From: an uncultured Spirochaetota bacterium
GTDB lineage: Bacteria > Spirochaetota > B62-G9 > DRHN01
DNA length: 64,000 nucleotides
Assembly: GCA_964583615.1 (NCBI GenBank)
Contig: CAZOWM010000003.1
Location: forward strand, 30,934 to 94,933
Reading direction: 5' to 3'
Position 1 is the first letter of the stretch. Each line of letters starts with the position of its first letter. Below are positions 39,327 to 49,456 of this stretch, one piece after another. Position numbers and translations under genes: made by a program. Below the pieces are notes generated by a model. The model was not told where the DNA came from. It did not search any database and saw only the letters and a list, made by a program, of their open reading frames with translations.

Positions 39327-39737
39327 ATGGCAGTGAGCCGGATCATCGTGTGGCTGTTCTTTTCTCGCATGCATGACACTCATCTCCTCGGTATAGCACT
39401 CTTTTTTACCCTCATTTTCCAGGTATTGATCTTTACCACCACTGATCCTGCAATCGTACTGTTCTGTCTGTTCTTCTTCGGTTTCGGAATGGGAACGGTG
39501 TGGCCGACCATAGTTGCGATGGTCGGGGCACGTTTCAAAAAATCAAGCGGTTCTGCGGTGGGCCTCGTCGCTGCATCCGGTGCAGCGGCTGTTCCGGTAA
39601 TTCATCAGGTCATAGGAATTCTCTCACAGTAGCGGTTTTTCGGGCTAAGGACCTCGCTCTTTGGACTTACAGTTATAACCGTACTCAATTTGTTCATCGT
39701 GTACAGGATCGGGCGCTGCCGGAAATGCGGTGCTGAT

Positions 39738-39768
39738 AGGCCTGAAACGGTGTAGGCCTGGTTTGATG
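39738..39768 (+). terminator. candidate terminator after the MFS pseudogene
   Basis: AGGCCU, a 10-nt loop, AGGCCU (palindromic 6-bp stem), followed by GGUUUGAUGU. Confidence 0.3.
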
Positions 39769-39792
39769 TCCACACGAAAAATATCTTCGCTT

Positions 39793-41271
39793 TCAACCTT
39801 CGCCGTAGACCACGTTCAGCGTTTCGAGAAGAATACTCCAGAATGTCTCCACACCCGGAATGTACACCATTTCATCAGGGGAGTGAAGTCCTCTCAGAGT
39901 CGGACCGATAGATATGGCGTCCATTCCTCCGCACTTTTCCTTTAAGACTCCGCACTCGAGCCCGGCGTGCACTGCCGTCACCTTCGGCTCTTTTCCCGTG
40001 ACCTTTCGTATTGCCTGTGCAGCGCATTTCGCAAGCGTGGAGTCCGGATTAGGAGTCCAAGGGGCGTACCTGTTGTTCTGCAGGATTTCAGCCCTGAACG
40101 TTTTTGCAATCGCGCCGTGCACGTCGCTTATCCAGTCAAGCGCGCCGTCTTGGGAGCTTCTGTGGCTCATGTGAAGCGCAACTAGTTCGTTTTCGTGACT
40201 GACCGATGCGAGATTCGTCGATGTTTCCACCAGTCCCTCTATGGAGCGGCTCATGGAGAGCACACCATGCGGGACGATCATAAGAAGGTTAACGAGCGCT
40301 TCTGTTGAAGCCTCATCAAATATCCTCACGGGCGCACCGCAATCGACTGCATCACAGGAGAATCCCGGATCAACGTGCCTGTACTCGTTTTTCAGGTTCT
40401 CACAGTACTCCAGAAATGCACGGCGCGTCTTTTCTGCGTGCGTTTTTTCCACCGCCACTTTCGCACATGCCTCGCGGGGAATCGCATTGAGCTTGTCGCC
40501 GCCTGCGAGGGAAAAAAGCGAAAAGGAAAACTGTTTTCCGATGTGGAAGAGCGCGCGTCCCATGCATTTGAGTGCGTTTGCCCCTCCAAGATGTATCTCT
40601 GCTCCTGAATGCCCGCCTTTGAGTCCCCCGATTCTCAATTCCCCGAACCACATGCTGCTCGAAGGATCCCTTCGATCAATGGAGAGTGTCATGTGGCTGT
40701 CCTTTCCGCCTGCACACCCGATATAAATCACACCCAGGTCTCCTGTATCGAGGTTGATCAGCATCTTTCCTGCAATCATTGAAGGATCCAGTTCGAATGC
40801 CCCTATCAGGCCGATCTCCTCATCAGTTGTGAAGAGGCACTCAAGAGGCCCCGTGTTGAGCGTTTCGTCTTCGAGCACCGCAAGCATTGCCGCGACTCCG
40901 ATACCGTTGTCCGCCCCCAAAGTGGTGTTTTCCGCCTTCACCCATTCGCCTTCGATCCTGAGAGAGATGGGGTCTTTCATAAAATCGTGCCTGCTTTCTC
41001 GGTTCTTCTCGCACACCATGTCAACATGACTCTGAAGCACCACCCGCGGCATATGTGCCATCGCCCGTGATGCAGGTCTGATGAGCACGATGTTGGAGGC
41101 GCTGTCTTTTTTGAACTGAAGATTCCGCTTCCTCGCAAAATCCTCGATAAAACGTATTACCCTCTCTTTATTCTTCGAGCACCGCGGGATACGGGAGAGC
41201 TCTTCGAAATACCACCAGAGCCTTTCCGGCCTGAGTCGGTTTGTCGCGTGTTGCATCCGTTTCTCCATCAT
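39793..41271 (-). CDS. pepD: aminoacyl-histidine (Xaa-His) dipeptidase, M20 family
   Basis: 492 aa. HVDMV, GADNGIG, TTDEE(I)G metal ligands and a PepD-like C-terminus (HAGLECG...GP...HSPDE). Confidence 0.85.
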   Translation of the reverse strand: MMEKRMQHATNRLRPERLWWYFEELSRIPRCSKNKERVIRFIEDFARKRNLQFKKDSASNIVLIRPASRAMAHMPRVVLQSHVDMVCEKNRESRHDFMKDPISLRIEGEWVKAENTTLGADNGIGVAAMLAVLEDETLNTGPLECLFTTDEEIGLIGAFELDPSMIAGKMLINLDTGDLGVIYIGCAGGKDSHMTLSIDRRDPSSSMWFGELRIGGLKGGHSGAEIHLGGANALKCMGRALFHIGKQFSFSLFSLAGGDKLNAIPREACAKVAVEKTHAEKTRRAFLEYCENLKNEYRHVDPGFSCDAVDCGAPVRIFDEASTEALVNLLMIVPHGVLSMSRSIEGLVETSTNLASVSHENELVALHMSHRSSQDGALDWISDVHGAIAKTFRAEILQNNRYAPWTPNPDSTLAKCAAQAIRKVTGKEPKVTAVHAGLECGVLKEKCGGMDAISIGPTLRGLHSPDEMVYIPGVETFWSILLETLNVVYGEG

Positions 41272-43436
41272 TCAAGATTACTGAACTGTATCGTGTAGAG
41301 CTTGTGATAGATACCCTTTTTCTTGAGAAGCTCTTGGTGGGTGCCCTCTTCCACGATTCTTCCCCCGTCGAGAACGATGATCTTGTCTGCATGTTGTATC
41401 GTTGAAAGCCGGTGGGCAATGGCGATCGACGTCCGGCCTTTGGTGATGTGCGTGATAGCATCCTGGACCAGCTTTTCCGTTTCCGTGTCTATGCTTGCCG
41501 TTGCCTCATCGAGAACAAGAATCGAAGGGTCAAAATAGAGCGCGCGTGCGAAACTTAAAAGCTGGCGCTCTCCTGCGGAAAATGTGGAACCGCGCTCCAT
41601 TACCGGTTCATCCTCCCCTGAGGGAAGCCCCTCAATAAATCGGTCAATATGGGTCAGCCTGCACACCGTCCGAAACCACTCTTCATTAAAAAAGCTTCCG
41701 AGTATGATGTTTTCCTTCACTGTCCTTGAAAAGAGAAATACATCTTGCATCACGGATATGATGTTCTTTCTGAGTATCCTGAGTGGAAACTCTGTGATTT
41801 CGACACCGTCAATGAGAATCTTCCCGCTCTGAAGCGGATAGAATCTCGCCAGCAGGTTGATAATCGTGGTTTTCCCAGCACCCGTTTCTCCAACGATCGC
41901 CAGGGTCTTCTTTGGATCGATGCTGAAAGACACTCCCTTGAGTATCCACTCGCCCGCATTGTAGGAAAACCACACATCTTCAAACTCGATCTTTCCGCTG
42001 AATCTCTCAGCCTCTTTATTCCGGAGAACAGTTGTTTCTGCGCGCCCGGGTGCTTCTTTTCTTTTTTCTCTTCCGCTGAGTTCATTGAGCGCATCCGTCT
42101 TCAGAATGGACAGTATCTTTTCACCTGCCGCATTGGCGCTCTGCATGATGTCGAATTTTTCTGAAAGGTCCTGTACCGGTGCAAAAAACCGCTCAACATA
42201 GGCAACAAACATCACAAGAATACCGTATGAGAGGGTTCCCGCACCGATCCCGCGTGCACTGAAATAGATCACCGCGGCAATGGAAAACCATCGAAGAAAA
42301 CCGATAAGCGGTCTGAACACGGCATAGGTATAGAGCTGCTTGAGCTGAGCGCTGTATACCTCTCTGTTCTTCGTTCTGAAATTTGACAGATTCTTTATCT
42401 CCTGCACAAAAATCTGTATGATGCGTATTCCGGTAATCGTTTCGTTGAGAAAGCTGTTGAGCTCGGAAATCTTCGACCGGATCAGCCTGTAGGCGCTTCT
42501 GACCTTTATCCTGAAAATGATAGTAATAAGAACGACAAAAGGAAAGGAAATCGAGACAGCAAGGGCAAGTCTGAAACTGGTAAAAAACATGACGGCTGCG
42601 ATTCCAAGCATCATGAGTATGTCCTGAAAAAGCGTGACGAGCACCGATGAAAAGAGCTCATTCAGGATCTCAATATCATTCGTCACCCTTGTCACGAGTT
42701 TCCCGATCTTGTTTCTGTCGTAGTATGAGGTTTCGAGACCGATGATGTGGGAGAAGAGATCGTCTCTGAGATCCCTCATCGCACGCTGAGAGAGCTTCAT
42801 GAGCAGCATGATCTGCGCGTAGGAGGCCGCAAACTGTACAAGGAGTACGAGCACAATTCCGATGAAATAGTGCAGTATACGGGTAAAGTCAAGCGCACGG
42901 AGCTCCGCGATCTCTCTCACCGTGAAGCGTTCGAGCGCACGTGATTCAATGAGGTACACCGAAGTGCCGTATGACAGAGCATTCCCCTCGATGATGAGTC
43001 CTTCGAGTTTTTTTTCGGAAACGCTTTCAAGCTCCGGGGATTCTATCAGCACGTAGCGTTCTTTCGAGAGTACCCCCTGTGCCTGCATACCTTCTATCTC
43101 ATCCCTGGAGTAATAATTGAGTTGGGACTGGAACAGGAACTCATGCCTGTCATCGAGTCGGATTCCATGTCCTCCGGATGAATCGAGGGCCGCTTTTTTA
43201 TTCTCCTCGGACGAGCTCTCGGAGGTCAGGATCCTGCCTGTCTTGAAGATATACTGGTCAACAATGGTTTTGAGCACGTAGGGAACGAGCAGATTTGCTG
43301 CAGTAATGACGAGCACGAATGCGAGTGAAATGAAGAGGTACTTTCTGTAAGTAAAAATATACCGAAAGAGGAGCCTCAGCACTTCTCTGTTGTAAAGCTT
43401 TCTGTTTGCGGTATCTTTCTGATCATAGTCGTTCAT
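41268..43436 (-). CDS. ABC exporter, fused permease/ATPase subunit B, with ~150-aa extracytoplasmic insert between TM1 and TM2
   Basis: Six-TM exporter domain plus NBD (Walker A GETGAGKTT, signature FSAGERQ, Walker B LVLDEATAS). Long hydrophilic loop after TM1. Start at ATG 43436, 10 nt after the upstream partner. Confidence 0.8.
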   Translation of the reverse strand: MNDYDQKDTANRKLYNREVLRLLFRYIFTYRKYLFISLAFVLVITAANLLVPYVLKTIVDQYIFKTGRILTSESSSEENKKAALDSSGGHGIRLDDRHEFLFQSQLNYYSRDEIEGMQAQGVLSKERYVLIESPELESVSEKKLEGLIIEGNALSYGTSVYLIESRALERFTVREIAELRALDFTRILHYFIGIVLVLLVQFAASYAQIMLLMKLSQRAMRDLRDDLFSHIIGLETSYYDRNKIGKLVTRVTNDIEILNELFSSVLVTLFQDILMMLGIAAVMFFTSFRLALAVSISFPFVVLITIIFRIKVRSAYRLIRSKISELNSFLNETITGIRIIQIFVQEIKNLSNFRTKNREVYSAQLKQLYTYAVFRPLIGFLRWFSIAAVIYFSARGIGAGTLSYGILVMFVAYVERFFAPVQDLSEKFDIMQSANAAGEKILSILKTDALNELSGREKRKEAPGRAETTVLRNKEAERFSGKIEFEDVWFSYNAGEWILKGVSFSIDPKKTLAIVGETGAGKTTIINLLARFYPLQSGKILIDGVEITEFPLRILRKNIISVMQDVFLFSRTVKENIILGSFFNEEWFRTVCRLTHIDRFIEGLPSGEDEPVMERGSTFSAGERQLLSFARALYFDPSILVLDEATASIDTETEKLVQDAITHITKGRTSIAIAHRLSTIQHADKIIVLDGGRIVEEGTHQELLKKKGIYHKLYTIQFSNLE

Positions 43437-43446
43437 ACTCTGCACG

Positions 43447-45246
43447 TTATATCCTTTTATCCTCAAGCTGCTGCAGCTCGAAAAGCGATCTGTAGTACCC
43501 TTCCCCGGCAAAAAGCTCCGCATGGGTGCCCTGCTCCGCGATCCTGCCGTTATCCAGAACGAGGATGCGGGTGCAGTCCATGATGGTTGATACCCTGTGT
43601 GATATGATGAAAATGGTCCTTCCCTCCATCTCTTTGCGAATGTTCAAAAGAATCTCTTTTTCCTTTACTGCATCCACCGCAGAGAACGCATCGTCAAGAA
43701 CGAGGGTCCGGGGGTCTTTGAAGAGCGCCCGGGCGATGGAGATGCGCTGTTTCTGTCCCCCGGAGAGAGTAATCCCCCTTTCCCCCACGATTGTCTCGAA
43801 ACGGTCGCCGAACTCCATTATCTCGTCATATATGCCGGTGAGCCGTGCGACCCGTCCGATTTCTTCATCATCGTAGCCGTTGTCGAGCCCGAATGCGATG
43901 TTGTTCCTGATGGTGTCGGAAAACAGAAACGGGTCCTGCGGTACATACCCGATAAAGCCTCTTAAAACTGCAAGCGGATATTCATGAATCACTATATTGT
44001 CGAGAAAGATCCGCCCGTGCGCAACCGGAAAAAGCCTGAAAAGCAGAGAAACGAGAGTCGATTTACCAGAACCGGGCCTTCCCATGATCCCCAGTGAGCT
44101 TCCCGCAGGAACCGATAGATCGATGTGATCGAGCACCGCCCTCTTTTCACCGGGGTACATAAAAGTAAGGTCCTTTATCTCGATTTTTCCTCCGATCTCA
44201 ACGGAAGAGACAAGCGCCGCTCCTCTGTCGACGATATCCGTTTTCGTATCGAGGAGCTCCAGGATGCGCTTTGAGGAAGCAATTCCGCGCTGCAGGAGAT
44301 TGAAAACCCAGCCGATTGCAATTACCGGCCAGACAAGGAGATTGATATACATGGCAAAGGAAATAAACTCTCCAAAGCTCAGCGAACCTGTGATCACAGA
44401 TCTTCCCCCGACAAGATAGAGAATTGCAAGAGACAAATTGGCAAGAAGTGTTATCGAGGGAAAGAACAGCCCCCAGACATTTATGAGCTTGAGATTTTTT
44501 TCCACATAGTCTTCGCTCTTTTCGGCAAATCCCGCTATTTCATGTTCTTCCTGAGCAAACCCCTTGACAACCCGTATGCCGGAAAATGCCTCCTGCGCAA
44601 CCGAGGATATCCCGGCAAACGTTTCCTGAACCGCCTTGAACCGTCTCTGAATAAGAGGCCCGAAACGGGCTATCATGAAGAGAATTCCGGGAAGGGGGAG
44701 AACGGCAAATACGGTGAGCCGCACGTTGATGGTGAGCATGAAAAAGAGGCTCAAGGTTCCCATGAACACCGCATCCGTCAGTGCAATAAACGACGGACCT
44801 GTTGCCATGCGAATTGCATTGACATCATTGACCATAAGTGCCATGATACTGCCGGTTTTCGACTTGTTGAAGTAGGTGAAGTCGAGACCCTGGAGGTGGG
44901 TGAACATGTCCTCCCGCACCTCCTTTTCGATTTTCCGCGCGCTCCCGATAATAAAGAGCCTCCAGAAAAACCGCAACACCACCATGCCCAGGGCGAGTCC
45001 AACAATGAGCGCGGTATTTCTCGATACGAGGGAACTCGAGAAAGCATTTTCCCCAAGCATATCAATAACCCTCTGTATCACCCTCGGAATGACGAGCTGA
45101 AAGAGATCCACAACCATGAGCACAACAACTCCAGCAGCAACACTCAACTTATGGTTTCCCACGTAGGAAAGCATGAACCGCACCGCGCTCTTCCGCCCTG
45201 TTTTCTCCTCTCTGTTCCGCTTTGTTCTCCGCTCGACGGTTTTCAT
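43447..45246 (-). CDS. ABC exporter, fused permease/ATPase subunit A
   Basis: 599 aa. Type I exporter TMD plus NBD (Walker A GRPGSGKST, signature LSGGQKQR, Walker B LVLDDAFSAVD). Heterodimer partner of the downstream subunit. Confidence 0.85.
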   Translation of the reverse strand: MKTVERRTKRNREEKTGRKSAVRFMLSYVGNHKLSVAAGVVVLMVVDLFQLVIPRVIQRVIDMLGENAFSSSLVSRNTALIVGLALGMVVLRFFWRLFIIGSARKIEKEVREDMFTHLQGLDFTYFNKSKTGSIMALMVNDVNAIRMATGPSFIALTDAVFMGTLSLFFMLTINVRLTVFAVLPLPGILFMIARFGPLIQRRFKAVQETFAGISSVAQEAFSGIRVVKGFAQEEHEIAGFAEKSEDYVEKNLKLINVWGLFFPSITLLANLSLAILYLVGGRSVITGSLSFGEFISFAMYINLLVWPVIAIGWVFNLLQRGIASSKRILELLDTKTDIVDRGAALVSSVEIGGKIEIKDLTFMYPGEKRAVLDHIDLSVPAGSSLGIMGRPGSGKSTLVSLLFRLFPVAHGRIFLDNIVIHEYPLAVLRGFIGYVPQDPFLFSDTIRNNIAFGLDNGYDDEEIGRVARLTGIYDEIMEFGDRFETIVGERGITLSGGQKQRISIARALFKDPRTLVLDDAFSAVDAVKEKEILLNIRKEMEGRTIFIISHRVSTIMDCTRILVLDNGRIAEQGTHAELFAGEGYYRSLFELQQLEDKRI

Positions 45247-45398
45247 GAGTAATGCTCTTCCTCATCGCATATAAAAACACACTTCATAAAATAACAACAT
45301 TGGCGTTCTGAAAGGCAGAAGTTTCTTTGCTTTTCTCCGTTTTCGGGACTATTTTACACCCTTGCGTTTCCATGGATACACTGCAAAGAAGGTGCAGA

Positions 45399-46553
45399 AT
45401 GGAGAAAAAAAAAGTCATTACACTCGGAGTCATGCACTTCTTTCTCGATATGCACATGAGTTTTTTTCCGATCTACTTTGTCATCGCACAGCTCGATCCC
45501 ACAACAGCTGCGCTCATTATTTCTGTCTCCGCGTTTGTCGGAAACATCCTTCAGCCGGTCATGGGATACGCTTCAGACAGGCTGCACAGAAAGCTCCCTC
45601 TGTTTGTGGGAATGCTCATCACCGCGGTCTCGATGTCAATGATCGGACGCACTGTCCAGTACGCTCCTCTCTTTTTCCTTGTGCTCATGGGGCATCTGGG
45701 TTCCTCTCTTTTTCATCCCGCAGGAGCGCATGGGTCGAGTATCGCAGGTGTGACAAAAAAAGATGCAAGCTTCGCGGTCTATTCCACGCTTGGTTTCGTG
45801 GGTTTTTCTCTGAGCCAGCCCATTTTTTCCGCCTTTACCGGACGTTTCGGATTGGAGAATTCTTTCCTGCTTGCCATTCCGACGGTTTTGATCGCCTTTT
45901 TTTATCTTCTGATCTCAAATAAAGAGAACCAGGAGCACCATCAAACGCCGCACCTGAACGAAGTGGCAGGCCTTCTTCTTCGGCGGTTCAGAGCTGTGGT
46001 TCTGCTCTTTTTCATCATGGTTTTCCGCTCTGCATTCTTGTTCTCGATGAACTCGTTTCTCGCAAAATCCTTTGAAGAGTGGGGATATTCGCGGAGCGTC
46101 TACAGCATCGCCAACACATCTTTTTCAATATTCGGGTCTGCAGGGGTCTTTGCTGCGGGGCACCTTGCATCGATTATCAGGCCACGAAAACTGATGTTTT
46201 TCTCACTTGTCGGTTTTTTCCCTTTTTTTCTGCTTTTTCTCCATTTCGGCAGGCTCGGGAGCTTCGCCCTCACGTTCTTGCTGCTGTCACTTACAGGGTT
46301 CATCGTTCACGGCGGGCACGGAATGAACATCGTGATGGGGCACCGCATCGCACCGGAGATGATGTCGACCATCAGCGGCATTCTCATGGGGTTTGCCTGG
46401 GCCACCTCCCAGTTCGGCCCGATCCTGTGCGCAAACACAAGCGGGCTCTTTTCTGGAATCGGGGGAATTTCTTCGGGGCTTTTCGTGATGAGCTTTTTCC
46501 CTCTGGTTGCTGCCGCCCTTTCACTTTTTTTGCCAACAGAGGTTGACGGATGA
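45399..46553 (+). CDS. MFS transporter
   Basis: 12-TM MFS with the GYASDRLHRK motif A region. Start MEKKKVITLG preferred over the upstream ATG. Confidence 0.75.
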   Translation: MEKKKVITLGVMHFFLDMHMSFFPIYFVIAQLDPTTAALIISVSAFVGNILQPVMGYASDRLHRKLPLFVGMLITAVSMSMIGRTVQYAPLFFLVLMGHLGSSLFHPAGAHGSSIAGVTKKDASFAVYSTLGFVGFSLSQPIFSAFTGRFGLENSFLLAIPTVLIAFFYLLISNKENQEHHQTPHLNEVAGLLLRRFRAVVLLFFIMVFRSAFLFSMNSFLAKSFEEWGYSRSVYSIANTSFSIFGSAGVFAAGHLASIIRPRKLMFFSLVGFFPFFLLFLHFGRLGSFALTFLLLSLTGFIVHGGHGMNIVMGHRIAPEMMSTISGILMGFAWATSQFGPILCANTSGLFSGIGGISSGLFVMSFFPLVAAALSLFLPTEVDG

Positions 46554-46666
46554 CAGCTGCCGGTTCGTGTACTCATGATCCGAGACCTGCAATACAAATA
46601 ATTTCGGTTGTAATCTTTTGGGTAATACGGTACAATTTTTTATCTTTTCATAAAAAGGAGGGAGAA

Positions 46667-48313
46667 ATGAAAAAACTGTGGCCAATAGGTATTGTTCTTC
46701 TCGTTGTGTGTTTTGCCCTTCCAGCATTCGCAAGTGAAAAACCGGAAGAAAAGCAGGAGCAGGTGCTCATATTCGGAAGCAGCGGTGACGTTGCACGACT
46801 GGACCCTGCCGATGTGACCGACGGAGAATCTATTCAGCGAATGGATAATATCTTCGAGGGGCTCGTAGAGTACGAACCCGGCTCCACATTGATCAAGCCG
46901 TGCCTCGCCACTTCGTGGGAGTTCTCCGCTGACAACAAGGAGATCACCTTCAAGCTGAGAAAAGGGGTGAAGTTCCATGACGGCACTGATTTCAATGCTG
47001 ATGCGGTGGTTTACTCATTCAAACGCCAGTACGACCAGAACCACCCGCACCACAAATACGGTCAGTGGGCGTACTGGGGATGGATGTTCACCGATATCTC
47101 CCGAGTCGAAAAGATCGACGGCTACACAGTCAAGATCGTCATGCAAAACGTCAATTCATCGATCATGACGAGCCTTGCCATGTTCACCGTCAACATCGTG
47201 AGTCCGTCGAACGCAGAAAAGTGGGGTGAGGACGCATTCGCGCATCCGGTCGGCACAGGCCCATTCACGTTTGTAGAGTGGGTAAAAGACGATCACATCA
47301 CGCTCGAGGCCTTCGACGACTACTGGCGCGGGCGGCCGATTCTCGACAGGCTGATCTTCAAGGTCATTCCCGATCCCGCCTCCCGACTTCTCGCCCTCGA
47401 GACTGGAGAGGTTCACGGAATCGAGTACCCGAATCCCGCGGATTTCAACAGAATCCGCCAAAACAGCGGTCTCCTGCTCATGTCTGAGCCGGGCATGAAT
47501 ATCGGCTATATAGCAATGAACGCGGGATACGGTTACAACGATGACAACGGCAATGCGAAAAAAGACCCCGACGAACCATGGGTGAAAACAGAGGGCTACT
47601 TCGAACCGCTCACCAAGAAAAAGGTACGGCAGGCCATCAACATGGCCATTGACAAGAAGTCGATCGTGCGGGACCTCTACATGGGGACCGCCTCTGTCGC
47701 GAAGAACGGCATGCCACCGTTCATGCTCGGCTACAATGACGATGTTCAGGACTGGCCCTACGACCCTGACCGGGCGAAAAAGCTGCTCACCGAGGCAGGA
47801 TACCCGAATGGTTTCGAGGTAACCCTGTACGTCATGCCTGTCTCACGTCCCTACATGTTCGATCCGCCGAAGATCGGCGAGGCGGTCCAGAGCTATCTTG
47901 CCGCAGTGGGCATCAAGGTGAACTTCTATCAGGTCGACTGGGCTACCTATCTACAGGAAACACAATATGGGAAACATCAGATGTGTTTTCTGGGGTGGAC
48001 GGGAGACAACGGTGACCCGGACAACTTCATGAACGTGCTCTACGGCCCAAATGCCACGTCAATCGGAACAGCCGGCAACTACGGGTTCTATAACGACATG
48101 AAGGCGCAGGAGTATCTGACCGCAGCGCTCAAGACATTCGATGAAGATGAGCGTGCCGAGTATTACAAAAAGGTCCAGGCCATGATCCACGAGAGCGCAA
48201 ACTGGGTGTACATCGCTCATGCAAACCAGAACCTGGTGTTCAGAAAGAACGTGAAAGGCTATGTAATACATCCAACCTCGAGAAAGTTCTTCTATCCCTG
48301 TTACATCGAATAA
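46667..48313 (+). CDS. ABC transporter substrate-binding protein, family 5 (peptide/nickel type)
   Basis: Signal peptide MKKLWPIGIVLLVVCFALPAFA after a GGAGGG RBS. DppA/OppA/NikA-family motifs throughout. Confidence 0.85.
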   Translation: MKKLWPIGIVLLVVCFALPAFASEKPEEKQEQVLIFGSSGDVARLDPADVTDGESIQRMDNIFEGLVEYEPGSTLIKPCLATSWEFSADNKEITFKLRKGVKFHDGTDFNADAVVYSFKRQYDQNHPHHKYGQWAYWGWMFTDISRVEKIDGYTVKIVMQNVNSSIMTSLAMFTVNIVSPSNAEKWGEDAFAHPVGTGPFTFVEWVKDDHITLEAFDDYWRGRPILDRLIFKVIPDPASRLLALETGEVHGIEYPNPADFNRIRQNSGLLLMSEPGMNIGYIAMNAGYGYNDDNGNAKKDPDEPWVKTEGYFEPLTKKKVRQAINMAIDKKSIVRDLYMGTASVAKNGMPPFMLGYNDDVQDWPYDPDRAKKLLTEAGYPNGFEVTLYVMPVSRPYMFDPPKIGEAVQSYLAAVGIKVNFYQVDWATYLQETQYGKHQMCFLGWTGDNGDPDNFMNVLYGPNATSIGTAGNYGFYNDMKAQEYLTAALKTFDEDERAEYYKKVQAMIHESANWVYIAHANQNLVFRKNVKGYVIHPTSRKFFYPCYIE

Positions 48314-48428
48314 AGATTGACTCATTTCAGAAAATGAAGGGCAGGGCGGTGGCTGGTTCACCGTCCTACTCTCTTGTATCTTGAAAGATACGGCAAGAAA
48401 TTGTTTTACAGTTTCACAGGCGGATAGA

Positions 48429-49433
48429 ATGAAGCGGTATATCATCAAGCGCATACTCCTGCTTGTCCCTGTTCTCCTGGGAGTATCAATACTCTCATTC
48501 TCCCTCATTCATCTTGCGCCCGGTGACCCGGCCCGAACCATTGCAGGAGAGCACGCTTCTCCTGAGATTCTCCAGGTCATTCAGGAAAAGTACGGGCTCG
48601 ACAAACCGTTTGTCACCCAGTACTGGATCTGGCTTCGCCAGGTTCTGAAAGGAGACTTCGGCCGCTCTATCGTTACCAACGAGCGCATCACGAAGGAAAT
48701 ACTCGATCGGTTCCCTGCTACGGTTGAGCTCACCTTTTTTTCGATGTTCATCGCAATCGCAGTGGGCGCGGTTGCGGGAATTGTGTCCGCATCCAAGCAG
48801 TATTCGGCATTAGACTACGCTACCATGGGAGTGGCGCTCTTCGGCGTGTCTATGCCGGTGTTCTGGCTCGGTGTCATGCTCATGATGGTGTTCGGAGTCT
48901 TTCTCAGATGGCTCCCGATCAGCGGCCGTATCAATACCCTGATTTCCTTCCGGCGCATCACCGGTCTGTACCTTCTCGACAGCATCATCGGCTTGAACTG
49001 GCCGGCTTTTTCAAGCGCTGTTCGCTATCTTATACTGCCCTCCGTTGCCCTGGGCACCATTCCCATGGCCACCATCGCGCGCGTGACCCGCTCGAGCATG
49101 CTCGAGGTGCTGCGCCAGGATTTCATAAGGACGGAGCGTGCGAAGGGGTTGTCCGAGCGAATGGTCATTTACAAACATGCGGCACGAAACGCCCTTCTTC
49201 CGGTTATAACCGTAATCGGCCTCAATTTCGGAATCCTTCTTGCCGGGGCGATACTCACAGAAACCATATTTTCCTGGCCGGGGATCGGCCGTTACGTGGT
49301 GAAGGCGGTACAGATGAGGGACTACCCGGCAGTTCAGGGGTGTGTGCTCTTCTTTGCGTTCATGTTCGTTATCGTGAATCTGATCACGGATCTCCTGTAC
49401 GCCTATATCGACCCGCGTATCAAGTACGAGTAA
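48429..49433 (+). CDS. ABC transporter permease (DppB/OppB/NikB type)
   Basis: Start MKRYIIKRILLLVP; EAA-loop permease fold with 6 TM. Confidence 0.85.
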   Translation: MKRYIIKRILLLVPVLLGVSILSFSLIHLAPGDPARTIAGEHASPEILQVIQEKYGLDKPFVTQYWIWLRQVLKGDFGRSIVTNERITKEILDRFPATVELTFFSMFIAIAVGAVAGIVSASKQYSALDYATMGVALFGVSMPVFWLGVMLMMVFGVFLRWLPISGRINTLISFRRITGLYLLDSIIGLNWPAFSSAVRYLILPSVALGTIPMATIARVTRSSMLEVLRQDFIRTERAKGLSERMVIYKHAARNALLPVITVIGLNFGILLAGAILTETIFSWPGIGRYVVKAVQMRDYPAVQGCVLFFAFMFVIVNLITDLLYAYIDPRIKYE

Positions 49434-49456
49434 AAAGGCAGGTGTGAAAAAAGCCT

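Larger units (their letters stand above)
38582..39632 (+). pseudogene. MFS transporter interrupted by a +1 frameshift in a G8 tract
   Basis: Two overlapping track ORFs (38582..39376 and 39312..39632) together encode one MFS protein. Both frames read through TTGGGGGGGGAT; with G7 the reading would be ...SALQSHRVLGGMAVSRIIVWLFF... uninterrupted. Confidence 0.65.
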
